A stretch of 64,000 nucleotides of DNA from an uncultured Alphaproteobacteria bacterium (GTDB lineage: Bacteria > Pseudomonadota > Alphaproteobacteria > Rhizobiales > Xanthobacteraceae). The first letter of the stretch is position 1. Each line of letters begins with the position of its first letter. This document shows, piece by piece, positions 29,452 through 38,825 of the stretch. Position numbers and translations under genes: made by a program. The notes beneath the pieces were generated by a model. It had not been told where the DNA came from. It saw only the letters and a list, made by a program, of their open reading frames with translations, and did not search any database. The stretch is from NCBI GenBank assembly GCA_963841105.1, contig CAWJCB010000030.1, positions 165,325-229,324 on the forward strand, given 5' to 3'.

Positions 29452-30708
29452 ATGACCACTTCCGATGCGTCCGCGGCGCAAGCCGGCGCGTCTGTGCCCG
29501 CGGCCATGGCGCGGTTCGCCGGTCATGGCAAAGCGTTTTGGGTTCTTCTTGCCCGCGGCGCCGTATTGCTGATGTTAACACTTGGAATCTACCGCTTCTG
29601 GCTGACGACCGATATCCGGCGGTATCTGTGGTCCAACACGCAGATTGCTGATGAAACTTTCGAGTATACCGGTACGGCGCGCGAGCTGCTGCTTGGTTTT
29701 TTGATTGCGATCGCCGTCCTTATTCCTCTGTACACCGCCTTCTTCCTCCTGACGCTTGCGCCGGGGGAAGGAATATGGACCCTGCTGAGCATCGTGGTTC
29801 TCGGCTTCTTGGGGCAATATGCCGTATATCGGGCGCGACGATATCGTCTGACCCGCACCATTTATCGTGGAGTGCGCTTCAATCAGACCGGCTCGCCCTG
29901 GCGCTATTCCGTTTGTGCGGTGCTGTGGTGGATCTTGATCGCGCTGACACTGGGCCTCGCATATCCATTCGCCCAGTCGCAGCTCGAGCATTTCAAGATG
30001 CGGAACACGTTCTTCGGCAACCTTCCCGGCCGGTTTGAAGCCTCCGGTTGGCGCCTTTTCGTGCGCGGGCTTTTGCTTTGGGCTCTTGCGGTCCTCCCAT
30101 TTCTGGTTGGGGTCGTTGCAACCATTGTCGCAATCGATTGGAAAGCGGTGACATCGGCAACCGGCGGTGATGACAGATCCAGCTGGTTGGACAGCAGCGG
30201 ACTTGGCGGGGCGGTGGTGTTCGCCGCCTTGAGCGGCGCCTGGCTCCTGTTTGCGTTCGCGATCCTCTACCCTGTTTTCCAAGCCATGGTGCTGCGCTGG
30301 TGGGTATCAGGATTGCGTTTCGGAGATGTCGCAGTCAGCTCGCGCCTGCGCACGAGCCAGGTATTCGCGGTCTACGCCCGGTTCGTCGGTTATGCCGCCT
30401 TATTCAGTTTGGTTGCGGCTATTCTCCTGACTGCGGGCGGGCTTGCCGTATCGAAGATCGCTGGCGATCTCGATACCATCCGCGATGAAATCGTCACGAC
30501 CGTGTTGGGGCTGGGCGCCTATGTCGCCATCGCGCTCGGCTATTCTGCCATCTATCAAGGCACCGTGAAGCTTGGGCTTTGGCGATGCGTCATCGAATCG
30601 CTGGATGTCTCGAACGTCGCGGCGTTGGAACGGGTGGCAGCGGCAGGTGAGCCCGCCTCCCCGATCGGCGAGGGGTTGGCCGACGCTCTCAATGTTGGTG
30701 GGATATGA
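29452..30708 (+). CDS. YjgN family (DUF898) membrane protein
   Basis: Two DUF898-type repeats (LGIYRFWLTTDIRRYLWSNT, F.Y.GT), eight or more TM helices, 418 aa. Its stop overlaps the next start (ATGA). Confidence 0.8.
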   Translation: MTTSDASAAQAGASVPAAMARFAGHGKAFWVLLARGAVLLMLTLGIYRFWLTTDIRRYLWSNTQIADETFEYTGTARELLLGFLIAIAVLIPLYTAFFLLTLAPGEGIWTLLSIVVLGFLGQYAVYRARRYRLTRTIYRGVRFNQTGSPWRYSVCAVLWWILIALTLGLAYPFAQSQLEHFKMRNTFFGNLPGRFEASGWRLFVRGLLLWALAVLPFLVGVVATIVAIDWKAVTSATGGDDRSSWLDSSGLGGAVVFAALSGAWLLFAFAILYPVFQAMVLRWWVSGLRFGDVAVSSRLRTSQVFAVYARFVGYAALFSLVAAILLTAGGLAVSKIAGDLDTIRDEIVTTVLGLGAYVAIALGYSAIYQGTVKLGLWRCVIESLDVSNVAALERVAAAGEPASPIGEGLADALNVGGI

Positions 30709-31835
30709 ACGCGAACGGCGCCGGCGTTGCAATGCAGGGCGAACGCGCAATCTTCTTTGATGGATCAACAACGACTCGGCACGATGTCTCCGTGGAGCTT
30801 GCGCCGGTCGCTTTGCGGGTGCGTGACAATCAAGGCGGCGTGCTGGCCGAATGGCCGTATGACCAACTGGAGACCCTGTCCGCGCCGGACGACGTGCTGC
30901 GTTTGGGGAGAGCCGGAAACCCGGTGCTCGCGCGCCTGGAAGTCAGGGACGCAAAATTGGCGGCTGCCATCGATGAGCTGTCACAGCCGGTGGACCGTAC
31001 ACACCGCATCGAGCGCCGCCTGCGCACGAAGGTCATCATCTGGAGCCTGCTGGCGACCACCTCTCTCCTCGCTGTCGCGGTCGTCGGAGTTCCATTGATC
31101 GCGGCCGAGCTAACGCCCCTCATCCCCTATGCGATGGAGCGCAGGCTTGGAGCTACCGTGGACGCACAGGCGCGCGCCGGGCTGGAAGGCCGCCACAGCG
31201 GCACCCCTTTCGAATGCGGGATCGGGGAGAAGGAGCAGGCCGGCCGCGCTGCTTTCGACAAATTGATGCGTCAGATCGAGACGGCTGCCAACTTGCCCCT
31301 GCCCCTCAGGGCGCTGGTCGTACGCAAGCCTGAATCGAATGCCATCACACTCCCAGGTGGGCATATCTACGTGTTTCAGGGGTTGGTCGCCGCGGCGCGG
31401 AGCCCGGACGAGCTGGCCGGGGTCATTGCCCATGAGGTGGGGCACGCGGCGCATCGCGACGGCTTGCGAACCATCGTCCAGGGCGCCGGCCTTTCGCTTT
31501 TGTTCGGAATGCTTCTTGGCGATTTCGTCGGCGGCGGCGCCGTGATATTTGCCGCCAAGACTATTCTGCAAACCCGTTATTCCCGAGAGGTCGAAGCTGC
31601 CGCGGACGCTTACGGCGTGATGCTGATGGGCAGGATTGGTGGCGATCCGCGAGCGCTGGGAACGATCCTGATCCGCATTGCGGGCACGACGCACCCCGGC
31701 CCGAAGATCCTGGCTGATCATCCCGAAACCCGTGACCGTGTCGCCGCAATCGAAGCAATGGCTGCGCCGGGATCAAAAAGGCCGCTGCTCGATCAGAATG
31801 AATGGGCCGCGCTGAAGGCGATCTGCTCGACGTGA
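30705..31835 (+). CDS. M48 family zinc metallopeptidase with N-terminal soluble domain and TM anchor
   Basis: HEVGHAAHRD (HExxH) plus a downstream E..AD. The N-terminal ~100 aa are soluble, followed by a TM segment (VIIWSLLATTSLLAVAVVGVPLI). Confidence 0.85.
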   Translation: MNANGAGVAMQGERAIFFDGSTTTRHDVSVELAPVALRVRDNQGGVLAEWPYDQLETLSAPDDVLRLGRAGNPVLARLEVRDAKLAAAIDELSQPVDRTHRIERRLRTKVIIWSLLATTSLLAVAVVGVPLIAAELTPLIPYAMERRLGATVDAQARAGLEGRHSGTPFECGIGEKEQAGRAAFDKLMRQIETAANLPLPLRALVVRKPESNAITLPGGHIYVFQGLVAAARSPDELAGVIAHEVGHAAHRDGLRTIVQGAGLSLLFGMLLGDFVGGGAVIFAAKTILQTRYSREVEAAADAYGVMLMGRIGGDPRALGTILIRIAGTTHPGPKILADHPETRDRVAAIEAMAAPGSKRPLLDQNEWAALKAICST

Positions 31836-31856
31836 TTTTATCTGCTCGACGTGATT
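31821..31856 (+). repeat. 17-bp perfect tandem duplication (period 19) spanning the M48 stop codon
   Basis: ATCTGCTCGACGTGATT occurs at 31821-31837 and again at 31840-31856. The first copy contains the codons ICST plus the stop. Confidence 0.9.
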
Positions 31857-31868
31857 AATGAGAGTGCT

Positions 31869-32753
31869 ATGCGCCCGTACATCCCTACAGATCCGATGTC
31901 GAAGCTGGCGGTGTGGGCGCGGCGCATCGCGGGATTTGCTTTTGCCGCCACCTTTCTGGCCATCATTGTCGTTCGCTCGGGCGTTCTGGAGATAAAGCCG
32001 GCAGCTGCCACATTCGCCGGCGCCCTGGCCATCGCGGTGCTCGCGCTGCTGGTTGCATTGGCGGCCTTCGCCGTGATCTGGATGGAGGGCCTGGCGGGGA
32101 TGCGCGCCGCCCTAACGGCAATGGCGATTTCCCTGCTGATCCTGGCCTACCCGGCGTATCTCGGATTCAAAGCCTATCGCCTGCCGTGGATCTATGACAT
32201 CACGACCGATCCAATCGACCCGCCGCGCTATGAAGCGCTCGCGCGTGCGCGTCCTCGTGACGCCAATCCGGTGGCCTATTCGGGCCTCTATACCGCCGAG
32301 CAGCAGCGCCTTGCCTATCCAGACATTGGCCCGCTGGGAACGACTGCCACTCCGCAAGCCGCTTACAGGGCGGCACTGACCGTCATGAACAAGCATAAGG
32401 ATTCGTTTCTCGCCCCATATTGGCGCGTGATAGACGCACGCGAGCCGACCGGGCCTCGCGACGGCCGCATAGAGGCAGTCGCATATTCCTCGATCATGGG
32501 CCTTCGTGATGACGTGGTGGTACGCGTGCGTGAGGATCCCGATGGGGCGCGAATTGATGCACGATCTTCATCCCGATACGGCTCGCTCGATTTCGGCACA
32601 AATGCCGCGCGCATTCGCAGGCTCATGAACGATATCGAGGATATGATACGTACGCAGCGCAATGAGCGACAGCCGGCGCAAAAGCCGGCGGCGTCAGCGA
32701 AAAAAGGAGCTAAGAAGGATCAAAAGGATCAGTCAAAGCGCGAGAGACGGTAG
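31869..32753 (+). CDS. DUF1499 domain protein with N-terminal TM helices
   Basis: ATG at 31869 (MRPYIPTDPMSKLAVWARR). The tracked start at 31851 is a GTG inside the duplicated 17-mer. The C-terminal DDVVVRV...SSSRYG.LDFG.NA.RIR is the DUF1499 signature. Confidence 0.75.
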   Translation: MRPYIPTDPMSKLAVWARRIAGFAFAATFLAIIVVRSGVLEIKPAAATFAGALAIAVLALLVALAAFAVIWMEGLAGMRAALTAMAISLLILAYPAYLGFKAYRLPWIYDITTDPIDPPRYEALARARPRDANPVAYSGLYTAEQQRLAYPDIGPLGTTATPQAAYRAALTVMNKHKDSFLAPYWRVIDAREPTGPRDGRIEAVAYSSIMGLRDDVVVRVREDPDGARIDARSSSRYGSLDFGTNAARIRRLMNDIEDMIRTQRNERQPAQKPAASAKKGAKKDQKDQSKRERR

Positions 32754-33649
32754 CGACCATCGAGCGCGGGTTCGCCCTCCGTCGCGACGACGCCGCGCGT
32801 GACGAGGTCTTCGAGATGCGCGAGGACAGACAGGCCGGCAGCGTTTATCAGGCGCGGATCGAGCCCGATATAGATGGCACGCACGATGGTGGCTATGTCG
32901 GTATCACCCCTGGACAGGCAGCGCAGGATCGCAGCTTCCCGCGCCTGTCGGTGATGAATGTAGCGTTGCACGAAACGTGGCGCCTCGCGTACGATTCCGC
33001 CGTGACCGGGCAGGTAGACGGGTTCGGGGCGCTCGGCGAGCTTGTCGAGTGACGCCATGTAGTCGCTCATCGCCCCATCCGGCGGCGCAACAATGGAAGT
33101 GGACCACGCCATGACGTGGTCCCCGGAGAACAAGACGTTCCCCTCCTTGTAGGCGAATGCCGTGTGGTTGGCGGTATGGCCCGGGGTCGCCACTGCTTCC
33201 ATGGTCCAGCCCGGCCCGCACACGACTTCGCCGTCCCCGAGCGCCCGATCAGGCTTGAACTCCGTGTCGTTGCTGGCATCGAGACGAGGCGCCTCGCCCA
33301 CCCGCAGCGGCTGTGCGGCACGATGCGGGCCTTCCGCGAGCACCAGCGCTCCGGTCGCCGCCTTGACGCGAGGCACGGCGAGCGAGTGATCGCGATGCGT
33401 ATGGGTCACGAAAATGTGGGTGACGGTCTCGCCACGCACGGCATCGAGCAACGCGGTGATATGTGCTTCATCGGCGGGTCCGGGATCGATGATCGCGACC
33501 CGGCCATGACCCACAATGTAGGTCAGCGTCCCTTTGAAAGTGAAAGGGCCTGGATTGCTGGCAAGCAGCCGGCGAACCCCGGGAACCACTTCCTCCGGTT
33601 TGCCGGGAAGAAGATCAAGGCGTTTGTCGAAGGGAATGTCGTCGCTCAT
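32729..33649 (-). CDS. MBL-fold metallo-hydrolase
   Basis: HTHRDH metal motif, GHT..H and PGHG. 306 aa. Its 3' end overlaps the convergent DUF1499 gene by 25 nt. Confidence 0.85.
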   Translation of the reverse strand: MSDDIPFDKRLDLLPGKPEEVVPGVRRLLASNPGPFTFKGTLTYIVGHGRVAIIDPGPADEAHITALLDAVRGETVTHIFVTHTHRDHSLAVPRVKAATGALVLAEGPHRAAQPLRVGEAPRLDASNDTEFKPDRALGDGEVVCGPGWTMEAVATPGHTANHTAFAYKEGNVLFSGDHVMAWSTSIVAPPDGAMSDYMASLDKLAERPEPVYLPGHGGIVREAPRFVQRYIHHRQAREAAILRCLSRGDTDIATIVRAIYIGLDPRLINAAGLSVLAHLEDLVTRGVVATEGEPALDGRYRLSRFD

Positions 33650-33667
33650 GAAGGACGGTCAGAACTT

Positions 33668-33769
33668 GTAGCCCGGATGAGCGCAGCGAAATCCGGGTTG
33701 GGGCGAGCCGCACAGGTTCGGCAAGCAGGGCCGGTGATCCCCGGATGTCGCTTCGCTCATCCGGGCTAC
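33668..33769. repeat. inverted pair of REP units (GTAGCCCGGATGAGCG.AGCGA.ATCCGGG family)
   Basis: Units at 33668-33697 and, reverse-complemented, 33739-33769. The same family recurs at 50278-50360, and as a half-unit at 54634-54652. Confidence 0.75.
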
Positions 33770-33788
33770 GATTTATCGGGTTAACGCA

Positions 33789-34739
33789 TCATCCGAGCTT
33801 GCGGCCGATGATGTCCTCGCAGCGCTCGCCCGTGTCCCCCTCGCCGAGGTAGAGCGCGCCCGACATCGCCGCCCGCATATGGTTGGACGGCACTCCGGCA
33901 ATTCCCCAGCGATCGGGGAGCGGCATCACCTTCGCCCAATAATCCGGGTTCTGCGGCACGTGAGTGGCGTCATCGAGTTGGTCGAGCTCGGTCGTGTATT
34001 CGGCGACGAACCCATTCGGCTCGATGAAATACGAAAAAACGTTGCTGCCCGGACCATGCCGGCCGATGCCCCACGCAATGTCAAATCCGTTTTGCTTGAC
34101 CCGGCCGGCGCCCCGCATCAGCCCGTCGATGTTCGGCAACTCGTAGGCGACATGGTTGAGGGAAGGTCCATTGCTGCGAAAAATTGCGATGCTGTGGTGA
34201 TCGGCGCTGCAGCGCAGGAATTCCATGAGATGTGTGCTGTCGGAGAGCCTGAAGCCAAGCACGTCGGCAAAGAACGGCACCTGCTCATCCGTGCGCGCGC
34301 TGTTGAGCACGACATGGCTGATCTTGGTCGGGCGCGAGCGATCGAGAACCACATTTGCATGCTGCGCAATGTCGCATGAGATGCTCATGGGCAGGCCGTC
34401 CGGCGTCTTGAAGCGAAAGCCGTAGCCACCGCCTGCGCTCGCGGAGAGCGCCGCCGGCTCACCCGTCACGTCAACGCCATGCCCCTTGGCCTTGGCGCAA
34501 AGCGCAGCGACCGCGGAACGGTCCGGGGCGGCAAAATGCACCCCAAGAAGAGCAGGCTTTTTGCGTTCGCGGATGGTGAGCACATGGTGCTCGCCGCCGG
34601 TGGCGCGGAAATGAATGCTGTCGGTCTCGGACGCGACCTCTTCCAGAGCCCAAACCTTGGCGTAGAAATCGGCGGATTGCCGGAGATCGCGAACACCGAG
34701 CTCGATGCTGCGGACTCCTGTGACTGTGGCGTGTGCCAT
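33789..34739 (-). CDS. VOC family protein, two-domain extradiol (catechol 2,3-) dioxygenase-like
   Basis: ATG at 34739 (MAHATVTGVRSIELGVRDL). Two glyoxalase/VOC modules, with H..L / HH.IA / H.AYE metal-ligand-like positions. 316 aa. Confidence 0.75.
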   Translation of the reverse strand: MAHATVTGVRSIELGVRDLRQSADFYAKVWALEEVASETDSIHFRATGGEHHVLTIRERKKPALLGVHFAAPDRSAVAALCAKAKGHGVDVTGEPAALSASAGGGYGFRFKTPDGLPMSISCDIAQHANVVLDRSRPTKISHVVLNSARTDEQVPFFADVLGFRLSDSTHLMEFLRCSADHHSIAIFRSNGPSLNHVAYELPNIDGLMRGAGRVKQNGFDIAWGIGRHGPGSNVFSYFIEPNGFVAEYTTELDQLDDATHVPQNPDYWAKVMPLPDRWGIAGVPSNHMRAAMSGALYLGEGDTGERCEDIIGRKLG

Positions 34740-34833
34740 GATACTTGACCTTTGTGGTGGGCGTGACCTTTCGCCGGAATCTGACACAGACAAGGGTTGA
34801 GAACCAGTGGTTCTGCCCGACGCGCAGTCGCGT

Positions 34834-35876
34834 TCAAAGCTGCGCAAGCCGCGGCATGACCTCCGTCGAAAACAGCTGCAGGGACCGCAGCGCCTCGTCG
34901 AGAGTCATAGTGCCGAGAAACAGATAAGTCAGCAGATAATTGGCGCCAAGCTCGCACACCTGCCCCTCGATCTCCGCCAGCACTGTCTCGGGCGTGCCAG
35001 AGATCACAGTACCATCGGCAACACATGCCTCGTAATCCGCGCCACGAGGTACGTTGAGGCGCGAGACCGGCCCGGTGACGCCATGCCGGTCGCGCAGCCA
35101 ATTGAGATGCGCGAGGTGAGCGTTCATGGCGGGCCTCGCGAATCGTTTTGCCTCCTCATTGGTATCGGCCACGAAGATGTGCCGCTGCACGCCAATGGCA
35201 GCGCCCCCGAGAAACTCGGCCTTGGGTTGCGCTGCATGGCCCCGCCTCGCGAGCGCCTCCTTGAACGCGTCAATGTTGGCCTTTGCCGTGGCCATCGGCC
35301 CGAGGGTGACGAAATGTAGCCCGTGCTCGCCCGCCCAGGTGGAACCGATGGTATTTGAAGAGCCGTACCAGAACGCGGGATGCGGCTGCTGCAGCGGCCG
35401 CAAGGCGATGGGAACTTGCTCATAGCTGAAATGCGGGCCAGCATAGGTCAGCGTATCGGTGGTCAGGCCCGCGCTGATGCAATTGAAGGCATCCATGAAT
35501 ATCTCGCGTGACGCATCGTGCTCCACCTTGTGATACTTGAGCTCGAACGGCGAAACACCGCGCCCAACCCCCACCTCCAGCCTGCCGTAACTGAGATGAT
35601 CGAGCATGCAGATTTCCTCGATCAGGCGAAGCGGCGAGCATAGCGGCAGGAGATAGACCAGCGGACCGAGACGCATGCGCCGGGTTGCGCGCGCGACCGC
35701 GCCGAGATAGACGCCGGGGACCGGGACCATGTTCAGCGGCGTGGCGTGATGCTCGGCCACATGCAGACAATAGATTCCCGCATCTTCGGCGGCTTGGCAA
35801 AGGTCAGGCGCTCATCAAACAGCGTGGCCAGCGGCCGGTTGCCATGCTCGACATGATCAAACAAACCGATCTTCAT
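34834..35876 (-). pseudogene. LLM-class (luciferase-like) flavin-dependent oxidoreductase, reading frame broken near 35793
   Basis: The N-terminus MKIGLFDHVEHGNRPLATLFDERLTFAK is in ORF 35733..36167. The continuation AAEDAGIYCLHVAEHHATPLNMVP... is in the frame of ORF 34834..35760. Confidence 0.8.
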
Positions 35877-35880
35877 GACA

Positions 35881-37608
35881 TTAGTGGATTTCCGGTTCGG
35901 GAATGCCGCCGCTGCCGGCGAGAAAATCGAAATCGCAGCCCTCGTCGGCCTGGCCGATATGGGCGCTGTACATGGCGCCATAGCCGCGTGAATAGCGCGG
36001 CGGCGGCGGCTTCCACTGCGCGCGGCGCCGGTCAAGCTCCTCTTCCCCGACATGCAGGTGGATGTGGCGGCGGGCGACGTCCACCTCAATCTCGTCGCCA
36101 TTGCGCACAAAGGCCAGAGGGCCGCCGATGAAGCTTTCAGGCGCCACGTGCAGGATGCAAGCGCCATAGCTGGTGCCGCTCATGCGTGCGTCGGAAATGC
36201 GGATCATGTCGCGCACGCCGGAGCGCACCAGCTTTGTTGGAATAGGGAGCATGCCCCATTCCGGCATGCCGGGTCCGCCCTTGGGGCCGGCGTTCTTGAG
36301 CACCATGACGTGGTCGGGGGTCACTGCAAGATCATCGCGGTCGATCTCGCGGACCATGTGGTTATAATCCTCGAAGGCCAATGCCGGTCCCCGATGCCGC
36401 AGGAATCGCTGGTCGGCCGCCGCGGGCTTCATCACACAGCCGCGCGGCGCGAGATTGCCGGTAAGCACCGCGGTGGCGCCTTGCGCATAAATCGGATCGG
36501 AAACGGGATGGATGACATCGCGCAGGTAAATTTCCGCGCCCGCTATATTCTCCCCCAGAGTCCTGCCCGTCACCGTGCGACAGGTCAGGTCGAGCTTGTC
36601 CTTGAGCTCGACCATCAGCGCGCGCAACCCGCCGGCGTAATAGAAATCTTCCATCAGGTATTTTCCCGACGGCCGCACATTGGCCAGCACCGGGACGTCG
36701 CGTGAAATCTCGTCGAAGCGCTGCATGTCGAGCGGGATTCCGGCACGGCGCGCCATCGCGATCACGTGGATGATGGCATTGGTCGAACCGCCCAGCGCCA
36801 TATGAACCTTGATCGCGTTGTCAAAAGCCGACCTGGTGAGTATCTGCTCGAGACCGAGATCCTCCCAAACCATTTCGACAATTCGCCGCCCGGCAACCGC
36901 GCACATGCGCGGATGACCGAAGTCGGCCGCGGGAATGGACGAAGCGCCCGGCAGCGTCAGACCGAGCGCCTCGGCGATCGCCATCATGGTCGCCGCCGTT
37001 CCCATCACCATGCAGGTTCCGAACGAGCGCGCGATGCCTTCCTCCATCTCGGTCCATTGCGCTTCGCTGATGTTGCCTGCCTGTTTCTCCGTCCAGTATT
37101 TCCAGACATCGGAGCCGGAGCCGAGATGCTGGCCGCGCCAGTTGCCGCGCAACATCGGCCCTGCCGGCACATAGATGGCGGGAATGCCCATGCTGATGGC
37201 GCCCATGATCAGCCCTGGAGTTGTCTTGTCGCAGCCGCCGAGCAGCACGGCGCCGTCGATGGGATGACTGCGCAGAAGCTCCTCCGTCTCCATCGCGAGA
37301 AAATTGCGATAGAGCATCGTCGAAGGCTTCACGAAGGGTTCCGCGAGCGAAATGGCCGGCAGCTCGATGGGAAAGCCGCCGCCTTGCAAAACCCCGCGTT
37401 TCACGTTCTCAGCGCGCGCGCGCAGATGGGCGTGGCAGGAATTGATCTCGCTCCATGTATTGATGATGCCGATCACCGGCCGGCCGCCCCAATCCTCGCC
37501 GTCGTACCCGAACTGCTTGAGACGCGAGCGATGCCCGAACGCGCGCAAATCGTTGACGCCAAGCCAGCGATGACTGCGCAATTCCTGCGGCCGCTTACGA
37601 TGCATCAC
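35881..37608 (-). CDS. IlvD/Edd family dehydratase (sugar-acid/dihydroxy-acid dehydratase-like)
   Basis: CDKTTPG, GPMLRG, the Fe-S Cys pattern and the C-terminal DARMSGTSYG. 575 aa. Confidence 0.9.
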   Translation of the reverse strand: MMHRKRPQELRSHRWLGVNDLRAFGHRSRLKQFGYDGEDWGGRPVIGIINTWSEINSCHAHLRARAENVKRGVLQGGGFPIELPAISLAEPFVKPSTMLYRNFLAMETEELLRSHPIDGAVLLGGCDKTTPGLIMGAISMGIPAIYVPAGPMLRGNWRGQHLGSGSDVWKYWTEKQAGNISEAQWTEMEEGIARSFGTCMVMGTAATMMAIAEALGLTLPGASSIPAADFGHPRMCAVAGRRIVEMVWEDLGLEQILTRSAFDNAIKVHMALGGSTNAIIHVIAMARRAGIPLDMQRFDEISRDVPVLANVRPSGKYLMEDFYYAGGLRALMVELKDKLDLTCRTVTGRTLGENIAGAEIYLRDVIHPVSDPIYAQGATAVLTGNLAPRGCVMKPAAADQRFLRHRGPALAFEDYNHMVREIDRDDLAVTPDHVMVLKNAGPKGGPGMPEWGMLPIPTKLVRSGVRDMIRISDARMSGTSYGACILHVAPESFIGGPLAFVRNGDEIEVDVARRHIHLHVGEEELDRRRAQWKPPPPRYSRGYGAMYSAHIGQADEGCDFDFLAGSGGIPEPEIH

Positions 37609-38603
37609 TCGATCACATCGTCGGCGATGAGCAGAAAATCGCGAGTAATCGTCAGATCAAGCGCTTGCGCAGTCCGCAGATTGATGACCAGCTCGAAATT
37701 GGTCGGCTGCTCCACCGGCAACTCCGCCGGTCTGGCCCCCTTTAGGACTTTATCCAGGTGCGTGGCGGTCCGCCGCGCCAGGTCGGACAGGTTCACGCCG
37801 TAGGACATCAGGCCTCCGAGATCGGCGAACTCCCTCGCTGCGCCCATTGCCGGCAGTCGGCTGCTCGCCGCCATGCTCGCGATGCGTCCGTATTCGCTAA
37901 ACAGCATCGGACTGGGTAACACAATGAGTCCGTCGACACGCTCCCTGGTCAGCGCCGCGAGCCCGCTGGCGATGTCGTCGGGCGCATCCGCCGGCACGAG
38001 TTGAAGCTGCATGCCCAGCGTTTGGGCGGCAACTTCGATCTCCTTCACCAGAGCGGTCATGGTGCGTTCACTGTAGGCATGGGGATGCCACAGGGCGGCC
38101 ACACGGGTGAGTCCCGGGATGATGTCTCTGAGCAGCTGTAGCCGCTTGGCGACCAGCTCCGGGCCGAGAAAGGTCGTCCCCGTAACATTCCCACCCGGTC
38201 GTGCAAAACTCACCACCAGCTCGTCCTCGACCGGATCTGCCATCCCTATGGCAATGACAGGGATTGTGCTCGTGGCTTGTCTTACTGCGCGTGCTGCCGG
38301 CGTGCTGTTTGCGACAATGACATCAACACGGCGCCTGACCAAATCAGCCGCCAATGCGCGAAGCCGATCGGGACTCCATTCCCCATATTCGCGCTCCAAG
38401 GCGATGTTCTGTCCCTCTGTGTAACCAAGATCGTGCAACCCTTGCAGGAATGCATTGACCATTACCGTACTCGAATCGGAAAGCTCGGAGCGGCCAGGCG
38501 AGAGAATGCCTATCCGAGGCACCTTCGTTGGCTGCTGCGCATGCGCCGCAAGCGGCCACGCAGCGGCGCCCCCGAGAAGGCCTATGAACGCCCGTCGTTT
38601 CAC
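37605..38603 (-). CDS. ABC transporter substrate-binding protein (ABC_sub_bind family, COG2984-like)
   Basis: GTG at 38603 with GAGGTGA RBS (VKRRAFIGLLGGAAAWPLAAHAQQ, Tat-like signal). C-terminal PAELPVEQPTNFELVINLRTAQALDLTI. Its stop overlaps the dehydratase start. Confidence 0.85.
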   Translation of the reverse strand: MKRRAFIGLLGGAAAWPLAAHAQQPTKVPRIGILSPGRSELSDSSTVMVNAFLQGLHDLGYTEGQNIALEREYGEWSPDRLRALAADLVRRRVDVIVANSTPAARAVRQATSTIPVIAIGMADPVEDELVVSFARPGGNVTGTTFLGPELVAKRLQLLRDIIPGLTRVAALWHPHAYSERTMTALVKEIEVAAQTLGMQLQLVPADAPDDIASGLAALTRERVDGLIVLPSPMLFSEYGRIASMAASSRLPAMGAAREFADLGGLMSYGVNLSDLARRTATHLDKVLKGARPAELPVEQPTNFELVINLRTAQALDLTITRDFLLIADDVIE

Positions 38604-38825
38604 GCAATCACCTCGTTGGCGCGGGCGAGCAGCGACCCGCGCCACCGCATAGCCCCATCTGCCGGGCTGAAGCGAACTACGGGCCGGCCTCTCGCGTACC
38701 GGCTCCTCGCATGCAATTGCCCTTGCTGTCCACTCGGGACTCAACGAGACTCATTGAACGGAGATAAACTGGCCAGGAGCAAGGCCCGGCTGCCTCGGCA
38801 AGCGGCTTGCTCAGGGAATGCAAGG

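Noticed and set aside
38277-38825. 183-codon extension at the start of the kinase ORF
   Set aside because: It is antisense to the solute-binding-protein gene and reaches across the divergent intergenic region. The hydrophobic transporter domain begins at the ATG at 38826.
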